Shown here: positions 38,845 through 51,100 of the stretch, in pieces | How the letters are laid out: each line of letters starts with the position of its first letter | Position numbering within the stretch: the first letter of the stretch is position 1 | NCBI RefSeq assembly: GCF_022045235.1 | Contig: NW_027266308.1 | Coordinates: forward strand, 51,026,001-51,090,000 | Source of the DNA: Haliotis cracherodii | Lineage: Eukaryota | Length of the DNA stretch: 64,000 nt | Direction of reading: 5' to 3' | Position numbers and translations under genes: made by a program | Notes under the pieces: model-generated | Told to the model about the DNA's origin: nothing | Databases searched by the model: none | What the model saw: the letters and a program-made list of their open reading frames with translations, nothing else

Positions 38845-39177
38845 CCGTATTCGACGTAATAAGCGCCCCGCTCTAATAAGCGCCCACGGCGATATTTGCT
38901 AATATATTGGCTAGTGAACAATCCCAATCAGCATCCCTTCCGATTGATCAATGTACACAAGACTTTTTTATTCGTGTATGATACGCACTCGTGTGTTAAA
39001 TCACCCTTAATTATGGGCAATTAAATTCTTGAAAAATATATCCATCGCATGTAAACATTTCAGGCTGTTAGCATAAACCACGAAATTTACGATCTTTCAA
39101 CTCAAAATAATATTCTAATAAGCGCCCCCTATTTCTACTTTGGAGAGCGCCCTGGGCGCTTATTATGTTGAATACGG
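38845..39177. mobile_element. Tc1/mariner (pogo/Tigger-like) MITE with TA TSD
   Basis: TA|CCGTATTCGACGTAATAAGCGCCC ... GGGCGCTTATTATGTTGAATACGG|TA; internal repeats of TAATAAGCGCCC. Confidence 0.92.
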
Positions 39178-40284
39178 TAGTAATAATTTGATATTTCAAA
39201 ATATTACAACTTAATCACCACACCCATCCCTACTTGTTTGAAATATTATTCAGGTAAAGTATTCTTCAATCAAAATAAATAAACCTTAAAAACAGAATAT
39301 AAAAGATAAACGGTTAGAATTTGATTATTTTTTTAAAAAGATATATAAGCATTGCATGAAAATAATCAACATTTTATCCTTCACGTGGACAGTTGATTAA
39401 TATCACGTTTATTTGTTTACTTGCAATATTTGATGATGACACACAAACTGATCAAACTTGCTAATGGTTTTATTTGAACAATTAGATCAATTCATGGAGG
39501 ACGGCACCTCCAAATATTACATTGAACGCATCCGACGTTGACACTGACATTGAAATCCCACCTGTGCGATCACGCTAATGTGAAGAGGAGAGACCCAGAT
39601 AACAGTTTACTCTGAACTAACAGTAACGTTTTCTTCACAAAAACATTTGTTTTTATCATCCACATTTCTTTTTTGCGAACGAACATAAACAAGACGTAAG
39701 CATCCTTATTATAGTAAGTGTTATTATTTGTGAATCGTAAAATGTCTGCCAATTGATAAAGCCAGATACGTTTATATTCTTGTTTCGAAAACTTTCTTTG
39801 TATGCGTTATTTACTTTTGCAAACTTTTGGGTAGTGTCATCTATAAAACAATAAATTAATGGGTCTGGCCACAGCAATTTGATCCATATTGAATGGCAAT
39901 ATTTAACCATATTCAAGGCTGAATTTGAGTCTTGTTCTTAGATTTTGAGAAAAGTTTCTGATGTCATTTTTTCATAGTTTATCTATATTTGATCATATGT
40001 GAAATGTCAGTAACCTATTACTACTGTATGCCAGGATAAGGTGAGCTGTGACCTGACAATTAACCCTGTATCACTATGTATGAGGTCCGCCCATCGGCAC
40101 GTACCATTGTGAAGAAAGGGGTAGCGGGTGGTCCGCGACATATAGTATGATAGATATATGCGTGTATAGGCTAAAAATTATTGTATCTATTTTTCACACT
40201 GACCTCTTAATAGCCTTATGAGCAACAAGTAGTCAATTTCATTGTCGTGATCTGCACATGCATACACCCTGAACATCTCTCCAA

Positions 40285-40580
40285 TGTGCATGCGTGACCG
40301 CGTGTGTGACTGCGTGCGTGACTGCTTGTACTAGTCCGGACTGATGCCGATTTAGAGTGCAAGCTCACTGAGATACCATGTCGCAGTTTAACATGAATAC
40401 TCCACTGAGACACAGTATACTGTCTCCGAGCTGACCAGTCATTGTTTTAGCCCCGAGCGCCAGACAGGGTAACAACAAGTACCATCTTTCAACGTCTTTT
40501 GGTATGATGCGGCTGGGAATCAAACCCCGGACCTTCCGCTCTCAGGGCGAACACTCTCCCACTAGACCACGGAGGCAGTC
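40285..40580 (-). mobile_element. SINE family C, tail missing
   Basis: GCTTGTACTAGTCCGGACTGATGCCGA...ACTAGACCACGGAGGCAGTC. Confidence 0.9.
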
Positions 40581-41882
40581 CTTCTATATTAAGAAGTATC
40601 CTACATTTATCAGTCAGAATCCATTTCAAATCAGCCTATAGATGGGAAACATATTTGAAACCTAAACAGATAGGCAGATATATCAAGATGGCAAAACTAA
40701 AAAACTAAAACTAAAAACTAAGGCTAGATTTATTTCTTGTACACACTCCCTTGTAATAAAGCAAGAGGCAAAATAAACACTATAACAGATGTCAGGGTTA
40801 AAAAAACCCGTTATAAAATGCATATTTAAATACAGAATAATTATTTTAAAATTTGTCTTATCTATGAAAATTGAAGGGTAGGCTTCTCAAAGAACAAGAA
40901 AACAAATCGGTCAAACCTGAAGAAATAATAATAACAGAGACGTTGTTTTGTGGCTGTGAAGGTGTCTCACACACTGTCCTTGTTATGATGCAAAGGGTTT
41001 GAATGCCTCTCCGGAAAACACTAGCATGTTTGACAAGACACAATTGTCCAACTGCTAACACATTTGTCATAAATACTGAAGATTCATATTTGTCACTCAG
41101 GGCAATGTTGTGTCTTGCAAGCCGTTCCCAGCAGCTGAGTTTGAATTCTAGGTGAAAATGACAAAAAGTCTTTGTGTTTTGTATGCACACTTTCACATGT
41201 CGGTAATGTTTCAAGGCAGACAAATGGAAGACATTTCCAAATTTGATGCATCAGTGACCAACATTCATGTCTGATGCAATTCCCTATTTAGACGTACCAT
41301 ATATTTTTTCAGGTGAATTGTGAGTGAGTGAGTGAGTTTGGTTTTACGCTGCTTTTAGTAATATTCCAGCAATATCACGGCAGGGGACACCAGAAATAGG
41401 CTCAGAATTGACATGCCTTTGCATGTGTTTGTGATGTATGCCACCAGTGGAGCATGATATTCTCACCTATTTGAGAACACCTGGTATCATCACTATTTCA
41501 TAGTGGTTGTACAATGGGCTCTGATTTTAGCAGAGATGTCTTATGATAAGTTGCATTCTTCACTTTCATCTGACAATGAGACACAATCATTCAATATCCA
41601 TGTACACTGTCAATGTACTTATTTTTATCCATTTACTGAAAACTTGGAACACTAACAAACCAAAATTATTATGTTGTCTTACAGATACACATTTTATCAT
41701 GATCAATTTAATGTAAAAAGTTCTATACAATTAGTTACACTTTTATATAAAACACGCCAGGCGTTATCCCTATATACCTCATAGTAATGTATTAATTGGT
41801 GCAGTAGCTGATAAGTGTGTCAGATGCGACAGAATGCACAGCACCCCTCCATTTTTGGACAGTAAGATTAAATCACCTAGAT

Positions 41883-42047
41883 GGCGGTCAGGTAGCCTAG
41901 TGGTTAAAGAGTTCGCTCGTCACGCCGAAGACCCGGGTTCGATTCCCGACATGGGTACAATGTGTGAAGCCCATTTTTGGTGTCCCCCGTCGAGATATTG
42001 CTGGAATATTGCTAAAAGCGGTGTAAAACCACACTCACTCACTCACC
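41883..42047 (+). mobile_element. SINE family A
   Basis: Consensus match; a 3' fragment also lies at ~41322-41400 (-). Confidence 0.93.
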
Positions 42048-42484
42048 CATCTTAGAAAAAGTTAAAAACTCTAAAAGCAAACCAGTGAATATAACTAAGA
42101 ACTCTCTTATTTTGATTTACTTTATTCCTATGTATTAGAAGAAACGGAGGTTGTGTGTATGCCATGGTGGTACAATTAATGACCATTTTGGACCCACATA
42201 ACTGCCCTATATAATGATTATGAGAGTTAGCATCAGTTTTGTTACTGAAAGCAAGCATTTTGCTTTTACAACATTTAATTGCTTTGGACTTACACTAGAT
42301 GTAATGGATTATTAAGAAGGTCAAGTGTGTCAAAAAGCCTGATCTTAGAGGCTTTCGTGTATGAATTGTTTTCCAAATATTTAAACATGAGGTGGTCTTT
42401 GACCAAGATGACTTTATTTTGTTTTGCTATGATTTTGATGTCAAGTGGGCCAGGCAAAATTATATATTGACCCAATATTAAGAT

Positions 42485-43632
42485 GTGTCCATTCCCAGAG
42501 GGCCGAAGTATATATCAATTCAAAATAAAGGAGCTGTGTCCATTCCCAGTGGGCCGAAGTATACAAAGATGCAGTTTAAAGGAGCTGTGTCCATTCCCAG
42601 TGGGCCGAAGTATACAAAAATGCAGTTTAAAGGAAATGTGTCCATTCCCAGTGGGCTGAAGAATACAAAAATGCAGTTTAAAGGAGCTGTGTCCATTCCC
42701 AGTGGGCCAAAGTATACAAAAATGCAGTTTAAAGGAAATGTGTCCATTCCCAGTGGGCTGAAGTTTACAAAGATGCAGTGTAAAGGAAATATGTCCATTC
42801 CCAGTGGGCCGAAGTATACAAAGATGCAGTTTAAAGGAAATGTGTCCATTCCCAGTGGGCCGAAGTTTACAAAGATGCAGTTTAAAGGAAATGTGTCCAT
42901 TCCCAGTGGGCCGAAGTTTACAAAGATGCAGTTTAAAGGAAATGTGTCCATTCCCATTGGGCCGAAGTATACAAAGATGCAGTTTAAAGGAAATGTGTCC
43001 ATTCCCAGTGGGCCGAAGTATACAAAGATGCAGTTTAAAGGAAATGTGTCCATTCCCATTGGGCCGAAGTTTACAAAGATGCAGTTTAAAGGAAATGTGT
43101 CCATTCCCAGTGGGCCGAAGTATACAAAGATGCAGTTTAAAGGAAATGTGTCCATTCCCATTGGGCCGAAGTATACAAAGATGCAGTTTAAAGGAGCTGT
43201 GTCCATTCCCTGTGGGCCAAAGTTTACAAAGATGCAGTTTAAAGGAAATATGTCCATTCCCAGTGGGCCAAAGTATACAAAAATGCAGTTTAAAGGAAAT
43301 GTGTCCATTCCGAGTGGGCTGAAGAATACAAAAATGCAGTTTAAAGGAGCTGTGTCCATTCCAAGTGGGCCAAAGTATACAAAAATGCAGTTTAAAGGAA
43401 ATGTGTCCATTCCCAGTGGGCTGAAGTTTACAAAGATGCAGTTTAAAGGAAATATGTCCATTCCCAGTGGGCCGAAGTTTACAAAGATGCAGTTTAAAGG
43501 AAATGTGTCCATTCCCAGTGGGCCGAAGTATACAAAGATGCAGTTTAAAGGAAATGTGTCCATTCCCAGTGGGCCGAAGTTTACAAAGATGCAGTTTAAA
43601 GGAGCTGTGTCCATTCTTTGTGGGCCGAAGAT
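42485..43632. repeat. Minisatellite, 51 bp unit, ~22 copies; source of the 414/375/364-aa ORFs
   Basis: Unit GTGTCCATTCCCAGTGGGCCGAAGTATACAAAGATGCAGTTTAAAGGAAAT = 17 codons; ORFs on both strands coincide with the array. Confidence 0.97.
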
Positions 43633-45356
43633 TCAAAATCACGGAGGTGTGACGTTGTATACAAGTCCTAATGATCTACTGTACAGGGATAAGGTCATTC
43701 AACACATCACACAATATACAGTTTCCTAATAGACTGTAGTAGATTGATACCTGGAATTGCCTAGTTGATATAAAATGTATTCCAAATGTACTAATGAGTA
43801 TATTATCATCAATACTTATCATATATAATCTTTTCATAAGATATACAATCATTAATTTTATTAAAAATCTATAAAGTTCAAGAATGAAAATCAGACTGGA
43901 GGTATGTCAATCTCATTAAAAAACATGCCGCTTAACTCGGCCAGTGGCCTGAAATTGGCATCAACGTGACAAAAAACAACCCCCATTGTGACAAAAAGAG
44001 CACATGTAACAGCCTAGATTGCAACATTGTTGTGTGGGTCGGTTTAAGGTGTAAACAAACGGCAGGGATAAACAAGCCTAAAAACCTTTTAAGTTGACTG
44101 AACATGTTTTTATTATCCTCACAAAATAATCAACTTGTTGTGTTTAGAAACGGCAGACATGTAAAACAATGGCCATAAGCTGTGCATGGTCACTCGAGAC
44201 ACTAATCCGTGTGGGGACAGTTGAATGTATTTGTGTATTTACCATGGCATCAGGGACAAAGTGGCCTCCACGAGTATTTATACATGAGGTTTATGGCAAT
44301 TTTAATTCAATCTCTGCAAATTCACCAGTTTGCCGAGAGCTTTTTTCAAGGAGCCTTTACTGCTAACAAGTGACAATATTTAAATGTTTATTGTTTTGGG
44401 AATCGACATTGAGAAAATTCAACATTTAGCTTCGTTGAATGTGTTCCTTAAAAGCAAATTGTAAAATTCAAAGAGGAAGATAAAAAGATGTAGTTTTAAC
44501 ATCAAACAATTACATAACCTTGAATTGAGGATCTTTTAAAGTCTTTTCGTTGTCTAAAAAGAAAGTTTCCGACTTTTGCTTTCATATGTAAACATAAGCT
44601 GCACTTATTCTGGGTAACTAACTTTCTTAAAAAGGATGTTTTCAATAAAACCTTAGTTTGTTATTTACAATAGTTTCAGTTTTGGGGAAGACGAATATAG
44701 TTCATTGAAGTTCCATGTAACAAATGAAATATTTGTTATGAAGAGCCTTATACAAAATTCTTTCCTATTGCAAAAATTGTGTTAAGCTATTGGTCGAATA
44801 TACAGATAATCTCACCAGTGTTTCATGACATCAAACACGGCAATGCAAGTCAACAACAGCAGCAAAACACAAGGATTATGTGCTCAGTAGACAAGTGCTT
44901 TGGACACTGCATATTGTTAGCCACGTGCTCTTAAATTGAGAACCATTTCTTGGCTTCATATGGACAGGTTACATTGAATAGAAACCTATAAAATAAGACA
45001 GAATAATAACTGATAGAAATCTCACCAAAGTTTTAATTCTAATTTTAACCTCAGACTGTATAAATGTCTCATCTCTTCGTAAACTCAACATAACAAACAG
45101 TGTCTCTTGTTTACAGACAGCAGTAAGTAAAAAGTGAAACTAAAAAAATTCAAAATCAAATTAATCGGATGAAAAGCCAGATTTTTTTTATTCACTACTT
45201 TGACACAAACCTCTAAGCATATTGACCAAAAAAAACCAAGAGAAAAACAGGTCTGTCCATTGACTATTAACATTCCATTTACAACCCTGCATTCTCAGAA
45301 AACTGGTTACCCTGTGGGATATTCCAGCAAACTGTGCATACTTTCTACAACACTGA

Positions 45357-45518
45357 GGGGCGGTTGGGTAGCCTAGTGGTTAAAGAGTTCGCTCGTCATG
45401 CCGAAGACCAGGGTTCGATTCCCGACATGGGTACAATGTGTGAAGCCCATTTCTTGTGTCCCCCACCGTGATATTGCTGAAATATTGCTAAAAGCGGCGT
45501 AAAACCATACTCACTCAC
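45357..45518 (+). mobile_element. SINE family A with TSD
   Basis: Consensus match; TSD TCTACAACACTGA. Confidence 0.94.
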
Positions 45519-45589
45519 TCTACAACACTGAACAGAGTCCAGGAAATATGATCATATGATTCAGTTTACTAGGAATTACTCCAGGAAAA

Positions 45590-45820
45590 TAGGCATGGTC
45601 GTGAAACTAAACTTATTATCTCCCCTTCCATGTAGCAAGTTCTTACATTGTGTAACATTGTCTGTCCCCAGTAGGTTTTCTGGTAACATATTCCAAAGTT
45701 GTGTTGTAGCTGGTATAAATGAATCTGCATAAGCCTCTGACTGACAGTTTGTTTCGTAGAAAGTTTTCTGATGACTCATACCCTGGACAGCACCATATAT
45801 GTTTCTCAGTGCATCTCAGC
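45590..45820 (-). mobile_element. 3' remnant of a CR1/L2-group LINE ORF2
   Basis: AYADSFIPATTQLWNMLPENL matches the C-terminal SFxPxTxxLWNxLP motif of CR1/L2-type ORF2 proteins. Confidence 0.7.
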
Positions 45821-46770
45821 TTAAATTTTTCAATAAATTAGCTTGTTTATTAGAACATTTTTCCCAAATATAACAAAAATAATCAATAATTGGTAAAATA
45901 AATGATTTGTACATGGTTCTGTGGTAGTTTGGGATAGACAATATTTGTAACTTCTTTAACAATTAACGCTTTATGTTAATGATAGCACAGTAATACAACG
46001 GTTTCCAAATGGTTCATTTTCATGGACAGTGACTGATTGTCGTCCAAGATTTCCTAAAAATAAAAAAAATCAGTGATAAAGAAGAATGTGTTAAAATCCT
46101 GAAAATGTCTTGCTATTTGTCTCCAGCAAAGACACCGAAAACATATGGCACAAGCCAAAATAGAGACTATCATCGGACATTATTTTTGTCACTGATGCAT
46201 AAAATTTGGAAATGTCCTCGACATGTTTACCAGATAAAAAGTAGACTTCCTAAACCCCAAATGAACAGAAACAAACTTAAATCTGATCTGAAACCTGGTG
46301 TTAGAAAACAGACACTACAGTAGCCACACAGCTGATCTTGACTCCATTGTTCCCCGCGGTGTTCACAACAACATGAGACCTGCATGTGCCGCTGGTTCAT
46401 CAAACACGAGAGGTAAATCGCTAACGATGCAATTTATCTTGGTTCAATATCCACGTGGACAACCTTGACAGTTAATTGTAAACTCACACGGTCACTGTGA
46501 GACTGACAAACTTGCTTGGAGAGCTTATTGTCTCGGTTGTTTGGACACTGGCTTTCAAGGATGGAAGCTGTGTCATTGTAGCTTCATCAACATCAATCAA
46601 TTAGTAATTCATTTACATGTAGCATCTCTTGAAGGGAATAAAACAATGAGTTTCATTCATAACTGTTATAGGAGAAGATGTGTCACAGGTATTAAATATT
46701 ATTCTTAATGCTAGAGAAACCGCCTAAGAACTATACACATAGTAATGACAGCCCAGACGTGACGATATTA

Positions 46771-46938
46771 GAGTGAGTGAGTGAGTATGGTTTTATGGCA
46801 ATTCTAGCAATATTCCAGCAATATGATGATGGGGGACACCAGAAATAGGCTTCACACAATGTACCCATGTGGGGAATTGAACCCGGTCCTTTAGCATGAC
46901 GAGCAAACGCTATAACCACTAGGCTACCCCATCGCCCC
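46771..46938 (-). mobile_element. SINE family A, diverged
   Basis: Consensus match; imperfect TSD GACGATaTTAGA / GACGATgTTAGA. Confidence 0.9.
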
Positions 46939-47957
46939 AGACGATGTTAGAACGTATATAACCATCACATGAAGAACATTAGAAGATGTGTGTTGTATAT
47001 CCATTATATGATTATTAAGTGAGCATGGTGTTATAGAGGCACTGGACACATGCTAATTCACTGTCATTCAAACACCAGTCTAATGTTTTACATGATTTAT
47101 ATAAAGCATAACAGTCAATCAGTTAATACATACCCTAATTACACAGACATTTTTATGTCCCCATTTCACACATGGTAATAATGCCACACTTTTAATATTC
47201 TTTCAATAAATTTTGTTTTCAGAATGATGGAAAGAAGCTGATCAGATCATGATAACTTTCATGTCACATGGCAGTCCAAAACTTCTCAGTAATAAAGATA
47301 CCAAACCTGATGGCACGTGTGAAGTGACATACTCGGTCCTGCTACATGGGTTCATGTGTTACAGAGAACCCACCCCCCAACCACCCTTGTGCAGGTACGT
47401 ACTGGTGAAAGATCAACGAACGCTCCCATCGAGTCTTCCTGTCTGAATGGTGACAGTTGAACGATACCCTGGCGAGGGTGATGATACCATCGAAGAAATA
47501 CAATGTGAATAAAGTGGTACAAATGCAAGCCATGGAGTGACGGATATGGTCTGTATCAAAGCTTAGATATCAGACTGAGAGAACGTCGATGAAAAAGGAG
47601 GGTGGGATGTAGACTGTCATAATGTCTCAGAAAGCGTCTTGACATCGACTTTCTGGTTGATGTTGATCTGTCTGATGATTCAAATGTGAATAGGGAGTGC
47701 CCGTGCGTTCTCGAATCTCTGCATCTTCTGGAGAAGTGAAGGGAAACATAAAATAACTTAGTCGTCGATAAGCGTTCCACAGAGTCCTGGGGAGAAACGA
47801 AATCCTATGAGAGGTTTGCATTCTTATCCTCCATTATTCGTCCCGATCAGATATGGGTCACGAAAGCCGCCTCTCTTCTGAGGGTCTGCGCAAGCTCGGT
47901 GGCTTGTTAGTCTAGAGTGTCATAACCTGTAATGGTGATTTCTCTTCACATGTACCA

Positions 47958-48190
47958 GGTCTGTGAAGATCCTGGTAGAGAATAGGTCTTTAGCATCTCA
48001 AGCTGGCCATAAGAGGTGACTATGCTTTTAAGAGACCAACATGACAAGGTGATCAAGCTCGCTGACATGGCTGGAGCATGTCATAATATCCAAAGGCATA
48101 GATTGATGATCATGATGTCAATCCCTGGATTGTCCAGTCCAAACCTGATTAATTACAGATCACCATCATATAGTAGGAATATTGCTGAGA
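47958..48190 (+). mobile_element. Family B short retroposon, old full-length copy
   Basis: GGTCTGTGAAGATCCTGGTAGAGAATAGGTCTTTAGC ... GGAATATTGCTGAG. Confidence 0.8.
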
Positions 48191-51100
48191 ATCAGAGACT
48201 GTATAGTTCTGTATAACTACATGATGGCAGATGGCTTGCTCTGATTGACTGTTGAAATAGTCAATCATTCAAGTTATTCATTAGTTTCCTTAGTAGTTGA
48301 CAACAGAATGCAGCGAAGGTCTGGTCCAAGTTCTTGGATGGAATGAACATAACGGACTTAGGAGGCAATATAATGGCGTATGAAGTGGAATTGGGGACGA
48401 CGAAGCCCGGAGATGGTCTTTGGTAGAACAACTTTGCTGTAACTTGTGCATGTCTGCAATCTGCATATCAGCCGGATCAACGTTGTCGAAGCTGGATCAA
48501 CGTTGTCGAAGCTGCCACTGGAAGCGAGGGGGAGGCTTGACTTCCAGTGGTGATGTCTGGCTATGCTATGTTGTGTCAAGTTGAATGGATCCGTAGTACT
48601 AAGAGGAGCGACCTGGGCAGAAATCGAAGACGTGTTGTCCCGAGGGGTGATATCAATTGGCCAGAGCGTTGTTGAAAGGTTGTAAGCATGGCCTGTATCA
48701 GTGCTTCAGAGTCTGTAGACAAGAAGTTAGTTTGATCCTGATGATCCCAAGAAGTAGGTAATGGGAGGGTAGACAACAGATTCGTCGGAGAAAGCTGTCT
48801 GAACCTGAGCTGTCGTCTGATGTTAATTCATTCGTGACCAACTCGTGTTATTCCGGGTCAGGCCAAATAGCGACTCATGCCGCTCTCATGGCCATTTTTG
48901 CGACTGGGTTCCGTCCTAGCTCAAACGAGCATACCTAAAACAATTGTCAACTTGTTGCATAATGGTTCACATATATTTCCCCATATATTATCTATTTTAG
49001 ATGCAATTTAAAGCACATCGGGACATGTGGAATTATACAGCATGATTGAACACATTTAACTGTGTCTTGGGTATATTTTTAGATGAAAGACATATGTAAA
49101 ATCAAAAATTATTTCTGAGGGATTCTTTGACGAAGAACTTGAAATCATAAGCACATTCTGATTGGTTTGTCATATTTCCGCACATAACATTCATTGATAG
49201 GGGGTTCATCAATAGTCTTCTTGCAGGATACGGAAAGGGTGAGTGGTGACGAATGAGTAGATGTAGGAGGCTGTTTGATGCTCATCTCAACTGAGGAAGG
49301 GACAGTCGGTTTTATAGTGACAGACTTAGGCTTCTTGAATTAATAATAGATGGCATCCCGTGAATCGGATCATTGATCAGTGGAGTGTTTCTGACATTAA
49401 CGCAAATAGTTGTTGAAGGCTTCCTCTGAGAGACGTGCACATCGGGAACGGCGGTTACCAGGCTTGCAGATTCCACAGCAGTAGCAACCAAGTTCAAATG
49501 GATTGCGAGATGTAAAAAGTGCCGACACTTTTACAGACGGAGCTTTTAATTATTTTGATCAGTCTCCATGGCGTAGATGTTTATAATATATAAGAGGAAA
49601 CTCTATTGGATAAAAAAAACAAAAGAAACCAAACATCTATTCTCAACTACTCAAACACATCTCCACACGTTTGCGATGAAAAAGAGAATGATGTGGCAGA
49701 GGGTGTTATGTGATCATACCAGTTACGTCACGGTGCACAGGATTGTAGCGCATGATACAATTGTTTGGGTGGTGACTATAGTGATGTGAGGGGTGTTCAA
49801 GGGAAATGGTTTTGGAAGCTGGAAACTTTGTTTTAGGAGGTTTCCACACAAGGATCAAAAGAAGAAGGAAGAAATACATAGTGTGAGACAGGATATGTTT
49901 AAATTTAGAAGGTTCTAGGACACTCGTGTTACTGATCTGCCACAATGAAGAGAAAAAACCATGGCCGTGCCACCCTGCTTCTCTGTCACTCTGATAGGAG
50001 GATGTGGCGCCGGTTACAGGTCATTTAACGCTAAACTCAATGCCTTGTAATGTAGTTTCAAATTTTACTTTGATGAGCACTATGAATCTTTTTATGTCGC
50101 CAAACTGACTCTATTCAGGACTAGAAGTCTAGGTCTTGCCTGCTTGTCCAAAAATATATTCATCATGTTAAAGGTATTTATTATTACCTGTGTGCCTGAT
50201 TTATTTAAAAATAGTGTATAGTGTGTGCAATGGGGACAAGTTTTCCCCGAAACTACTTTAATAAAAGTTTGCATGCTTATCTAAGAGGTACTTATCAAGA
50301 ATGAGTTCAAAAATTGGCACTGTAAAATACATTTTTACAGTGTGCAACCCTTGATCCATGTTATTTTATTTAGTGCATAGTGTGTGCAGTGAGGACAAGT
50401 TTTCTTAGAAACTACTGAAGTTAGCTTATCTAAGAAATACTTGTCAAACCTGAGTTACTTTTTCCAGACAAGGGGCCTTATGTGTGTATTATTTTCACAT
50501 TTAATCATTTATTAACATTTTTATCATCATCATCATCAGCATCATTATTATTATTATTTCAGAGACTCCCTGATATTGAAAATATATACCCATACCTTCA
50601 AGGTTATCTAAATATTTCAATCATACAACCCAGAGAAACATTCCATTCTTAGCACAACAGCTATCATGAGATTATGTTGACGTGCAGGAGTTCTTGAACT
50701 CATAGTTTTATGAAACAAGGCCATTTTCAGCCTTGGAGGTACAATCTTTCTCCTTTAAAAACATTTTGTTGAACTTTGATGGCTTTTGCACGTTGACCTC
50801 CTGAGGACCATGAGAATGTCCTTTGTTTTGTCCCCAAACAAGGCAGTTTGTTGTGAAATGTCCTTGTTCTATAGCGCCTGAGACATGTATTCTCTAACTG
50901 CCTAACGTGAATCACCCACAAACGCTACTCTCCAGAAAACTCCAGTCTCTAACCTTGAGGCCTTGCTAATTGGGCTCAACATTTTCCAGTTTTCTCACCC
51001 AGAAAGGTAAATATTTACACAAGGATTACAATATAACGATAGGACATTAAAAAGAAGTAATCTATAAACTTTCTAAAAGTTTAATAACCCGAAATACACA

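Noticed and set aside
47760-47821. SFLPRTLWN as a LINE ORF2 C-terminal motif
   Set aside because: Spacing deviates from the motif and no RT-like sequence is recognisable upstream; likely chance.
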